From contig JBEKXS010000001.1 of NCBI GenBank assembly GCA_049511795.1, positions 270,001-302,000 of the forward strand: 32,000 nt of DNA. Direction: 5' to 3'. This stretch comes from Candidatus Saccharimonadota bacterium (GTDB lineage: Archaea; Nanobdellota; Nanobdellia; Pacearchaeales; GW2011-AR1). The notes under the pieces were generated by a model. That model made no database searches, was not told where the DNA came from, and saw only the letters and a program-made list of their open reading frames with translations. Within the stretch, counting starts at the first letter, position 1. Every line of letters starts with the position of its first letter. This document shows, piece after piece, positions 18,933-26,722 of the stretch. A program made the position numbers and the translations under genes.

Positions 18933-20447
18933 TTATTGCTCCTCTTTTTTAATAATAAGTTTAAATGTGTCTATATCTTCTTTTCCTAAACCTTTAATCA
19001 AAAATATAACAAAAAAGTAGATTATTATTCCTAAAATTACCATTAAAGCTCCTGAAAATAGGTTTATATTAACAAATTTCATGAAAACTAACAAGAAGGC
19101 TGACATTATTGCAGTTGCAAATATTGATTTTAATATCATTTTTATGCTTGGCCTTATTTTAAAGTAAGAATTAGTTTTAATCATTAAAACTGCTAATAAA
19201 AATATATTGCTTATTAATGTTGCAATTGCTGCACCAATAATAGCATATTGCTGGCTTATACTCAATAAAGTTTTTATTAAAATATAATTGAGAACTATGT
19301 TAATCAAAAGAGAAATAATTGCAAATTTAGCTAAAAACATTGGTTTTTCTTTAGCTTGGAATATAGCAGAGTATAATGCTATTAAAGGTGTAACAATAAT
19401 CAAAAGAGATAAAAATAATAAAGGAACTGACGCCGGAAGATACTCTTTACCATAAAGTAAAAATATTATATACTTAGAAAGAATCATTAATCCAATAGTT
19501 AAGGGTATTGCAACAATAATTAAGTACTTAAAGCTCTTTTGAACTCCACGCTTTAATCTTTTTCCTCCAATTTGTGTGAAAATAGGAAGAAGCACTCCTG
19601 AAAAGGGTAATAATGCAGAAAATGAAGAAATTAAGACAAATGCTGCTCTATAATAACCAAGGAATATTGAATCAACAAAATGTCCCAGCATTATAGTATC
19701 TACAGAACCAAATAGGATAAGTGTGATGCCAGTCATACCCATAAAAATCATATAATTGAAAACTCTTTTTTTATCAATTTTGATTACATCGCCGAATATA
19801 AGCTCTCTATCTTTTTTAATTAAAGTAGAAGATATTAATGATAAAGAAAAAAGACTAGATATAGCAAAAGCCACAAATACTCCTGAAACTTTTAGACTCG
19901 TAGAGAAAACATAAATTACTATTAAGGAAAGAATTATTTTGGAAGTCTGTAAAGCAGCTTCAAGAGGTGGTAAGGCTTTTAAATCTTTTTTTGCAGAAAA
20001 GGGTGTAGTGAAAAAACTTCTTATTGGTTCTACAATAAGGTATAAACAAGAAAAAATAAGAGGAAGAAAAACAGCTGGCTTGTTAAAAACTGTTTGTGAT
20101 AATGGTTTTGCAATTATTATAATTATTATAACAGCAATTATTGTAAGAATGGTTTTTAATTTAAGCAGATATCTGAAATACGATCTTGCCTCCCTCTTAT
20201 TTCCTTTGGCTAATGCTTTTGCCATATATCTTGCTCCCGTATTATCTGCTCCAACATCTGTGAGAGTAACAGCAATCATAACAATTGACAGTACAAGAGA
20301 ATATACACCAAATAAATCAGGTAAAAGTAGTCTTGCAAGCATAATAGTCAAAATAAAACCACCTATCTTTGAAACAAATGCAACACCAAAACCATATGCT
20401 GAATTTTTTGCAACTATCTTAGAAAGATGTTCATCTTTTATGCTCAT
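18933..20447 (-). CDS. Wzx-type oligosaccharide flippase (MOP superfamily polysaccharide biosynthesis protein; AglR-like)
   Basis: 504 aa with about 12-14 TMs. The N-terminal AKNSAYGFGVAFVSKIGGFILTIMLARLL.PDLFGVYSLVLSI is typical of the Polysacc_synt/Wzx family. Confidence 0.7.
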   Translation of the reverse strand: MSIKDEHLSKIVAKNSAYGFGVAFVSKIGGFILTIMLARLLLPDLFGVYSLVLSIVMIAVTLTDVGADNTGARYMAKALAKGNKREARSYFRYLLKLKTILTIIAVIIIIIIAKPLSQTVFNKPAVFLPLIFSCLYLIVEPIRSFFTTPFSAKKDLKALPPLEAALQTSKIILSLIVIYVFSTSLKVSGVFVAFAISSLFSLSLISSTLIKKDRELIFGDVIKIDKKRVFNYMIFMGMTGITLILFGSVDTIMLGHFVDSIFLGYYRAAFVLISSFSALLPFSGVLLPIFTQIGGKRLKRGVQKSFKYLIIVAIPLTIGLMILSKYIIFLLYGKEYLPASVPLLFLSLLIIVTPLIALYSAIFQAKEKPMFLAKFAIISLLINIVLNYILIKTLLSISQQYAIIGAAIATLISNIFLLAVLMIKTNSYFKIRPSIKMILKSIFATAIMSAFLLVFMKFVNINLFSGALMVILGIIIYFFVIFLIKGLGKEDIDTFKLIIKKEEQ

Positions 20448-20469
20448 AATAATATTGATTAACCAAAGC

Positions 20470-20477
20470 TTTTAAAA
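20470..20477 (-). promoter_or_regulatory. TATA-like box upstream of the flippase gene; centre is 26.5 nt upstream of the ATG
   Basis: TTTTAAAA (a palindromic core). The minus-strand ATG is at 20447. Confidence 0.4.
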
Positions 20478-20514
20478 TTAATGAAAAGAAAAACTGAAAT
20501 CTAAAAGCTATACT

Positions 20515-21534
20515 CTAATTTCTTTCATTTAGATTATTTTCTTCTCTTATTCTTTCTATTAACTCTTGCACTCTTAATCCTTCATTGAATGAGGGCTTCA
20601 TTTGTTGATTAGTAGCGCATGCCTTAACAAACCTTGTTGCCAGTTTTTTTACTATTTTAACCCTTTCATCTTCATTTTTATTCCCTTCATCTTTATTTAC
20701 TCTTATTAACTTTTCCCCTGACCGACTATATGTTTTCACTATAAAACCATCAACCACAGAATTTTTATTTTCTAAAGTAATGATTCCATGCTCACATTTG
20801 AATATCAACTGATGTCTAACCAGCCCATTAGAAATACAAGATACATGCGCATGACCAGTCACACTATCTTTAAACTTGAGAAGCAGTTCTATCTCTACTT
20901 CTCCACCATTAATACTTTTAGGAGAATAAGTAAACAAGCTTTTTACATCTATTATTTCTCCCGCAAAATGCTCTAAATAATATAGTCCATGAGAAAAATA
21001 AAATGATAGTACACCACCACCTTCTGCAACATTTGTTTTCCATGATGATCTCCCATTTTTAATATCTCCACTTAACCAATCCCAGTTTACTGATATATGT
21101 TTTAGTTTTCCGAATATATTACTATCAATTAATTCTTTCACTTTTTTCCATTCAGCAATCTCAGGAAATATAAAATCAACTCCATGAGTAACTTTCATTT
21201 TCTTAGCAAGAGATAAAAGTTCTCTCGCCTGCTTAACATTTACTGTTAAAGGTTTTTCTGCAAATACATGTAGCCCTTTAGATATTGCGACTTTGGTTAT
21301 TTCATATTGTGCATTTGGAGTAACAGATATAGCAACAGCGTTTAAATCCTCATTTTCTAAAAGCAATCTCCAGTCTGGATAAATGTTTTTAATACCCATT
21401 TGATCACAATAATTATCTAGTGTTTCTGATCTTTTTGCACAAATTGCAATAACTTTACAATCTTTTACAGAATTAAATGCTGGCATCAAACCAATTACCC
21501 CAAAACCTGAGCCAATTACTCCTATTTTTAACAT
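20515..21534 (-). CDS. Gfo/Idh/MocA family NAD(P)-dependent oxidoreductase (probable nucleotide-sugar keto-reductase/dehydrogenase)
   Basis: It has the N-terminal Rossmann motif MLKIGVIGSGFG and the family-defining VFAEKPL motif. It sits between a C-methyltransferase and the flippase. Confidence 0.8.
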   Translation of the reverse strand: MLKIGVIGSGFGVIGLMPAFNSVKDCKVIAICAKRSETLDNYCDQMGIKNIYPDWRLLLENEDLNAVAISVTPNAQYEITKVAISKGLHVFAEKPLTVNVKQARELLSLAKKMKVTHGVDFIFPEIAEWKKVKELIDSNIFGKLKHISVNWDWLSGDIKNGRSSWKTNVAEGGGVLSFYFSHGLYYLEHFAGEIIDVKSLFTYSPKSINGGEVEIELLLKFKDSVTGHAHVSCISNGLVRHQLIFKCEHGIITLENKNSVVDGFIVKTYSRSGEKLIRVNKDEGNKNEDERVKIVKKLATRFVKACATNQQMKPSFNEGLRVQELIERIREENNLNERN

Positions 21535-21548
21535 GCTCTATATCTAAT

Positions 21549-22823
21549 TTAAACTTGAGAATTTTCAACTACTCTTAAGTCTGGCAAAGGAACAACAAAG
21601 TCTGACTTTAAACCTTCAGCCTTAAGTCTTTTCATTATTACATCAGCATAATGCCATGCAAACAAAACAAGATAATTTGGTTGTTCTCTAAGTAATATTT
21701 CTTCATCTACTACTGGAATATGCTTACCTGGTAAGTACATACCTAATTTTAATGATGTTGGAAGTTCTGCTAAATAAGGTATTAATTCTTTGTCTACACC
21801 ATAATAATTTAATAGTGTTGAAGCACGTCCAGGGCATGATTTTCCCACAATAGATTTACCAGATTTTTTTGTATCAATTAAAAAATCCATAAATTCAAGG
21901 CGAGCTTTTTGAACACGTTGTGCGAATTTTGTGTAAGTTTCTAATTTATCTAATCCTTCTTCTCTTTCTAATTTTAATAATTCCGGTACTCTTGGACTGA
22001 CTTGTCTACCCTTACCTTTAGTAACATGTGCACGAATATTGCCTCCATATCTACTTCCTCTTTCAACATCGGTAACTGTAAAATCATATTGGTCGAACAA
22101 TCTAATTAGAGATTCAAGTGAATATGTTCTTAAATGCTCATGATAAATAGTATCAAATTGACCACCTTTGATTACATCAAGAAGGTAATGCGTTTCGGAA
22201 ATAAATACCCCGTCATCTTCTAGTAAATTATGGACACCTTGAATTACTTCTCCAATTGTCTGCATATGAGCAAATACATTAGTAGTAGTCATTACTGCTG
22301 CTTTACCATATTTCTTTTTTATTTCTTCTGAAGTTTTTATATCAAAAAAGGATTGAAGCGTTTCAATGCCATGAGCATTTGCATACCTTGCAATATTTGT
22401 TGGTTCAACACCCAAAATTCTGATACCTTCTTTTTGGAAACCACTTAAAAGAGTACCATCATTTGAACCTACATCTATCACTAAATCATCTAAATTCAAA
22501 TTGTATTTTTTAATAAGAGATAATCCTATATCTCTTTGATAGTCTGCCAATGGTTTAGAAATACCACTTCTGTACGGATAGTCTGGATGAAATACTTCTT
22601 TTCCATCTACACAATAGTCTATCTGTACTCCTGTACAATCTTCACACCACATCATTCTAAGAGGATATGTTTTTTCAGGCTTGTTAAGCATATCTTTTGT
22701 TAGTAATGTATCACATAAAGGCTGGTGTCCTAAATCTAAAATTAAATGTAAGTTAGGTGAATTACAGACCTGGCAATTAGAAATATGACCTGTCTTTACA
22801 GAATGATGTTCTGGGTATTCCAT
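21549..22823 (-). CDS. NDP-hexose C-methyltransferase-like enzyme (same three-domain architecture), paralogue 2
   Basis: CQVCNSPNL...GHQPLCDTL...CEDCTGVQ, IDVGSNDGTL, FDTIYHEHLRTYS and a C-terminal domain (IVGKSCPGRASTLLNYYG). It is collinear with the 16020-17243 product but strongly diverged from it. Confidence 0.75.
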   Translation of the reverse strand: MEYPEHHSVKTGHISNCQVCNSPNLHLILDLGHQPLCDTLLTKDMLNKPEKTYPLRMMWCEDCTGVQIDYCVDGKEVFHPDYPYRSGISKPLADYQRDIGLSLIKKYNLNLDDLVIDVGSNDGTLLSGFQKEGIRILGVEPTNIARYANAHGIETLQSFFDIKTSEEIKKKYGKAAVMTTTNVFAHMQTIGEVIQGVHNLLEDDGVFISETHYLLDVIKGGQFDTIYHEHLRTYSLESLIRLFDQYDFTVTDVERGSRYGGNIRAHVTKGKGRQVSPRVPELLKLEREEGLDKLETYTKFAQRVQKARLEFMDFLIDTKKSGKSIVGKSCPGRASTLLNYYGVDKELIPYLAELPTSLKLGMYLPGKHIPVVDEEILLREQPNYLVLFAWHYADVIMKRLKAEGLKSDFVVPLPDLRVVENSQV

Positions 22824-22929
22824 AGTGATAAGTAAAAAATTTTGTTAATTTTGGTTAATTTTTAGACTATTTAAGAATTATTATACTGTTATACTCATTT
22901 CATTTTTAATTTTCATTTATTATAATAAA

Positions 22930-24471
22930 TTAATCTCCAGCATTTATTTTTTCTATTATATCTGAGAAAGCAGGTCTTGTTATGAAAACACCTGCTGTTA
23001 TTCCTATTAATGTAGTGAATGCAAAACCCTTAAGCAAACCTGCTCCTGCCCAGAAAAGAGGTATCATTGAAACTCCTGCTGTGAAATAAGCTCCCATAAT
23101 AATAACAAATGCTCTTTTCAGCCTTTGTTTAAGACTAAGAGTTTTTTCATGGCTTGCTTCATCAAGGATAACTATCTGGGAATCAAAGCCTGTACCAATT
23201 GTTGCAAGAATTCCTGCAATGCTAGGAAGATCTAAGTTCCATTGTATAAGTGCAGCTATTCCTAGAATTATTATAATTTCTGAGAAACTTGTTAAAATTA
23301 ATGCCAAAGATGCTTTAATTTTTCTGTATCTTATAAAAACAACTAGAGAAGCTCCGACCAAAGCCAAAATACCTGCAAGAATTATTGTATTTGTGAATGC
23401 TGTTCCAAGAGTTGGAGAAATTGTGTCAAGTTCAACAATATCTAATTTATATGGAAGGCTACCTGTTATTAGGATTGTCTGCAATTTCTTCATTTGGTCC
23501 TCTGCAGCTTTCACAGCATCTTGTTGAGTTGTACCTGAACCTGAACCCTGAATAGAAATCTGTGTTACAACTCTTCCTTGTAAATCTTGGCTTATAAGAA
23601 GACTGCTACCTGGTTGTTCTATTCCATCAATATAAAGGTCAAGTGTTTCATTGAGATATCTTCCTTGAGCAGTAGAATTAACAGCGAGGTTTCTTGTTAT
23701 ATCTGCTTCTCTTTGAGCAGCTGCCCCGCTTAAAGTTATTTGGAATTGGAATTGGGCAACATAGCCACTTGACGATTGCTGGGCTGCATTTACATAAGCG
23801 CAACTTTGATCTCCTCTGCATACAGAAGCAATATCATTCTTCCCTCCTTCAAAAACAGTTTGGTTACCTATTTTTGCTTCAAATACTCCTTGTTGGCCAA
23901 TTAAGTTTTGTAAGTCATTTGGGGTTGCTCCTGCGATTTCAATAAGCATAAAATTATTTCCAGAAAGGTCAGATACTGGAGATACTTGTAAATCTGTAAG
24001 CCCAAATTGATTAAGCCTATTTTGTGTTACAGAAACAAGATCAGCAACTTGTGATGATGTTAATTTTTGTCCTTGCGCCTGAACTAAAGCACGAGCTCCT
24101 CCTACTAAGTCAAGTCCAAGCTTGATATTTGTTTTTGGAATATTTGAAACAGTTATATCTGGAGTCTGGTTTGAATAGTAAATTACTTCACCGCTATTTG
24201 TTATAATATCCAGTTTTTGGCTTTGATTTGAAGGAAATTCTGAAGAAATTGCAGATGAAAAATCTGCAATATTATTTGTTGGATTGTCATTTATTGATTT
24301 TATTACCTGCCCTTGCTGCAACCCTTGATTAGATGCTGTTGAATTTGAACTAACACTTGTTATTAAAACACCACTTTGCAAAAACGCAGGAGGAAAACTG
24401 AATATTGCTAGTATAGAAAATAAAAGTATTATTATTAAAAGCCAAATCCTAAAAGTAAATTTAAGCTTCAT
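22930..24471 (-). CDS. secD: Protein-export membrane protein SecD
   Basis: It has an N-terminal TM, a large extracytoplasmic domain with LGLDLVGGARALVQ (the SecD G.DL.GG motif) and a C-terminal 5-TM bundle. Its start overlaps the secF stop by 11 nt. Confidence 0.85.
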   Translation of the reverse strand: MKLKFTFRIWLLIIILLFSILAIFSFPPAFLQSGVLITSVSSNSTASNQGLQQGQVIKSINDNPTNNIADFSSAISSEFPSNQSQKLDIITNSGEVIYYSNQTPDITVSNIPKTNIKLGLDLVGGARALVQAQGQKLTSSQVADLVSVTQNRLNQFGLTDLQVSPVSDLSGNNFMLIEIAGATPNDLQNLIGQQGVFEAKIGNQTVFEGGKNDIASVCRGDQSCAYVNAAQQSSSGYVAQFQFQITLSGAAAQREADITRNLAVNSTAQGRYLNETLDLYIDGIEQPGSSLLISQDLQGRVVTQISIQGSGSGTTQQDAVKAAEDQMKKLQTILITGSLPYKLDIVELDTISPTLGTAFTNTIILAGILALVGASLVVFIRYRKIKASLALILTSFSEIIIILGIAALIQWNLDLPSIAGILATIGTGFDSQIVILDEASHEKTLSLKQRLKRAFVIIMGAYFTAGVSMIPLFWAGAGLLKGFAFTTLIGITAGVFITRPAFSDIIEKINAGD

Positions 24472-25420
24472 GTTTTTCCTTTTTCAAAGCATACCATTTA
24501 ATTATTGAAACATTTGTCAGCCAGGTGTTAAATATATCAAAACCTATTCCAATTAGAATTATTGTGAAAATTTGGGTGAGAACATTTGAATAAGATCCTG
24601 TAAGTATCAAAGCAAGACCTACTGCAACAAAAGAAGTAAGAACCATTGTCATTCCTGTTTTGAAAGCTCCCCATATTTTTCTGTTGACTGACATTTCGTG
24701 CCTTCTGAGAACACGATTTGTAAGAAGGATATCTGTATCAACACTGTATCCTATAAGCATAAGAAAGGCAATAATTCCAGCGCTTGATAGTTTAAAACCA
24801 AGAATATTGAATGCAGTTAATGTCATGAAAATATCTGCAAATGCAGAGATAATAACAGCTGAGGAAGGCACAAAAGTTCTGAACATAATGAAAACAACAA
24901 GAGCCATTAAAATGAAGGCAATAATAACTGCAATAACAAGTTGGGAAAAAAAGCTGGCGCTTAATGATGAACCTGTGAATTCAAAGCTGCTGTTCTGATT
25001 TGTCAATGGATATCCAAGATAATTTTCCAAAACAGTCCTTGTTGTATTTGCATCAGAAGTTGTTTCAATAACAACAGCTTTTTGCTGATTTGTCAGCAAG
25101 TCAGATATTGCCCTTACATCCAAACTAGCAAGTTTTCCCGACAAATCTGACTGAATCTTGTCAACAGATAGGTTGTTTTCATAAATCGTAACAGAAGTTC
25201 CTCCTGTAAGTGATATATCTCTTTGGACAAAATCCCCATGAACATGATAAAAATAGAACATATATGCGAAACATGCTATAATAATTACTGCAGGAATTAT
25301 AAGAAGTGTTTTATAATGCTTGTCATGAAACCTTCCAACTTTTGTCCCAAATCTTTCTTTATAATGTGTTTCTTGTAAATGACTTTCTGCTGTTTGTTTT
25401 GTTTCGTTTTTTTCTTCCAT
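24461..25420 (-). CDS. secF: Protein-export membrane protein SecF
   Basis: It has a TM, a periplasmic domain and a 5-TM bundle (LMLIGYSVDTDILLTNRVL). The start is set at the ATG at 25420 (MEEKNE...), because the longer ORF-track start at 25474 would run through the tRNA-Gly gene. Confidence 0.8.
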   Translation of the reverse strand: MEEKNETKQTAESHLQETHYKERFGTKVGRFHDKHYKTLLIIPAVIIIACFAYMFYFYHVHGDFVQRDISLTGGTSVTIYENNLSVDKIQSDLSGKLASLDVRAISDLLTNQQKAVVIETTSDANTTRTVLENYLGYPLTNQNSSFEFTGSSLSASFFSQLVIAVIIAFILMALVVFIMFRTFVPSSAVIISAFADIFMTLTAFNILGFKLSSAGIIAFLMLIGYSVDTDILLTNRVLRRHEMSVNRKIWGAFKTGMTMVLTSFVAVGLALILTGSYSNVLTQIFTIILIGIGFDIFNTWLTNVSIIKWYALKKEKHEA

Positions 25421-25429
25421 TTTTGTGAA

Positions 25430-25500
25430 TGCGCCGGCCGGGAATTGAACCCGGATCAATTGGTTGGAAGCCAATTATTCTACCGTTAGACCACCAGCGC
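25430..25500 (-). tRNA. tRNA-Gly (anticodon UCC)
   Basis: The reverse complement GCGCTGG-TG-GTCTAACGGTAGAAT-AATTGG/CTTCCAA/CCAATT-GAT-CCGGG/TTCAATT/CCCGG-CCGGCGC-A folds as a cloverleaf. The acceptor has 7 bp (one G-U), the T-arm is CCGGG/CCCGG and the anticodon loop is CU-UCC-AA. No CCA is encoded. Confidence 0.85.
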
Positions 25501-25523
25501 GCTGACAGTATAAAAAATTAATT

Positions 25524-25531
25524 GTTTTAAA
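25524..25531 (-). promoter_or_regulatory. TATA-like box upstream of tRNA-Gly (and, by inference, secF-secD)
   Basis: The minus strand reads TTTAAAAC, centred 27.5 nt upstream of the tRNA-Gly 5' end. This is the same spacing as for tRNA-Leu. A minus-strand T6 run (plus 25512-25517) lies between the box and the tRNA and could terminate the Leu-Arg unit. Confidence 0.45.
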
Positions 25532-25546
25532 GGTTTGCGTAAGAAA

Positions 25547-25621
25547 CGCGCTCGGTAGGATTTGAACCTACGACAACCAGGTTAGGAACCTGATGCTCTA
25601 TCCAGGCTGAGCTACGAGCGC
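25547..25621 (-). tRNA. tRNA-Arg (anticodon CCU)
   Basis: The reverse complement GCGCTCG-TA-GCTC-AGCCTGGATA-GAGC-A-TCAGG-TTCCTAA-CCTGG-TTGTC-GTAGG-TTCAAAT-CCTAC-CGAGCGC-G is a canonical cloverleaf. Confidence 0.9.
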
Positions 25622-25632
25622 AGACAAGCCTA

Positions 25633-25716
25633 TGCGGATGAAAGGATTCGAACCTTTGTAGGCACTAAGCCAACAGATTTTGAGTCTGTCCCGTTTGACC
25701 ACTCCGGCACATCCGC
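25633..25716 (-). tRNA. tRNA-Leu (anticodon CAA), class II with long variable arm
   Basis: The reverse complement is GCGGATG-TG-CCG-GAGTGGTCAAA-CGG-G-ACAGA-CTCAAAA-TCTGT-TGGCTTAGTGCCTAC-AAAGG-TTCGAAT-CCTTT-CATCCGC-A. The acceptor has 7 bp and the variable arm is long. Confidence 0.9.
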
Positions 25717-25739
25717 ACGTAAAACCCACTTCTCCCGTA

Positions 25740-25757
25740 TATAAAAAGGTTTATAAA
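25740..25757. promoter_or_regulatory. Back-to-back TATA boxes forming a bidirectional promoter (tRNA-Leu/Arg leftward, 5S rRNA rightward)
   Basis: TATAAAAA at 25740-25747 reads TTTTTATA on the minus strand, centred 27.5 nt from the tRNA-Leu 5' end. TTTATAAA at 25750-25757 is centred 25.5 nt from the 5S 5' end. Confidence 0.6.
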
Positions 25758-25778
25758 AGCATCCAATGTTGTGTTTTT

Positions 25779-25893
<115 letters not shown>

Positions 25894-25896
25894 ATA

Positions 25897-25902
25897 TTTT
25901 TT
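25897..25902 (+). terminator. Oligo-T (T6) archaeal-type terminator after 5S rRNA
   Basis: TTTTTT lies 4 nt after the predicted 5S 3' end. Archaeal RNA polymerase terminates at oligo-T tracts. Confidence 0.45.
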
Positions 25903-25995
25903 AAATTCTTTATAACCAATCTAAATTCACTTTTAGATTTCTAGAATAAGATTTATAAATGTCTTTCTCTTACTTTAAAAAGTAAAAGAGGAAGA

Positions 25996-26694
25996 ATGGC
26001 AAAACAAAAAACTACAATTATTTTGTCTATTATTTTAGTTGTAGCTGTAATTGCAGCTATAATTTTTTATTCTCAAATTGCTTCTTTAAAATCTCAAAAT
26101 GCTAATTTACAATCCCAAATTCAAACAGCTAAGACAAATGCTATTAATGGTTCAGCAGATGTTTTTGATGCTAACTTTCATGATTTATTGCAAGAGAATA
26201 GTTATTTGTTAGCTGATACAGCTCGTCGTTCATTATCAAATTCAAGTGCTGCATTTAATGCAACTTTGCTTGCACTTCAAAATAACATAAATTTTGTTGG
26301 AAATCTTTTAGCACCAATTTATGGAAGTAATTCTCAACAACTTGTTAATTTGTGGAATCAGAAAGCTAATATTTTTATTAATTACAGTAATTCATTAAAG
26401 AACAATGATCCTAATGCATTAGCATATTATAATGCTGCAATAGCAGCATACATACCACAGGCTGTAACATTTTGGACAACAACACAAAATCCTTACCCTG
26501 CACTTAGTCAGACAACTGCAACAAATTTTGTAACTACTAGCTTATCTGATACAAAGGCAACTATAGATGACTGGTATGCAGGGAATTATAATCAGTACTA
26601 TACTGATTTGCATACTTCTTATATTGACATGGGAACCTATGCAGATGTTGTAGCAGGTGCGATAATTCAGCAGAATCCACAAGATTTTCAATAA
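25996..26694 (+). CDS. Hypothetical membrane-anchored extracytoplasmic protein (N-terminal TM, short coiled coil, N/Q/A/Y-rich helical domain)
   Basis: MAKQKTTIILSIILVVAVIAAIIFY is the TM anchor and SQIASLKSQNANLQSQIQTAK is a heptad-like segment. I recognise no family. A GAGG sits about 8 nt upstream of the ATG, so this is one of the few genes here with a leader and a Shine-Dalgarno-like site. Confidence 0.5.
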   Translation: MAKQKTTIILSIILVVAVIAAIIFYSQIASLKSQNANLQSQIQTAKTNAINGSADVFDANFHDLLQENSYLLADTARRSLSNSSAAFNATLLALQNNINFVGNLLAPIYGSNSQQLVNLWNQKANIFINYSNSLKNNDPNALAYYNAAIAAYIPQAVTFWTTTQNPYPALSQTTATNFVTTSLSDTKATIDDWYAGNYNQYYTDLHTSYIDMGTYADVVAGAIIQQNPQDFQ

Positions 26695-26722
26695 ATACTT
26701 TTAATAAAAATTAAGTTAAATA

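Noticed and set aside
22824-22929. The 106 bp AT-rich spacer between the secD stop and the C-MT paralogue 2 start contains the near-repeat TTGTTAATTTT/TTGGTTAATTTT. It could encode a small RNA or a C/D-box sRNA.
   Set aside because: It has no C (RUGAUGA) or D (CUGA) boxes, no stable stem visible by eye and no conservation evidence. It is most simply the terminator and promoter region for the downstream operon.
25421-25474. An N-terminal extension of the secF ORF (MASNQLIRVQFPAGAFTK...) starts at 25474.
   Set aside because: The extension is the reverse-strand reading of the tRNA-Gly gene (25430-25500). The internal ATG at 25420 gives a normal SecF N-terminus.
25430-25716. The tRNA cluster next to the glycosylation island could be the attachment site of an integrated element.
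   Set aside because: No integrase or recombinase gene is in the window. I found no second copy of any GC-rich tRNA 3' segment that could serve as a direct-repeat att site, and such a copy would stand out in this AT-rich sequence. secDF separates the tRNAs from the island.
25996-26070. The N-terminus of the 232 aa orphan protein could be a class III (type IV pilin/archaellin-like) signal peptide.
   Set aside because: There is no [KR]-[GA] cleavage motif directly before the hydrophobic stretch (the sequence is MAKQK-TTIIL). It looks like a plain signal anchor.
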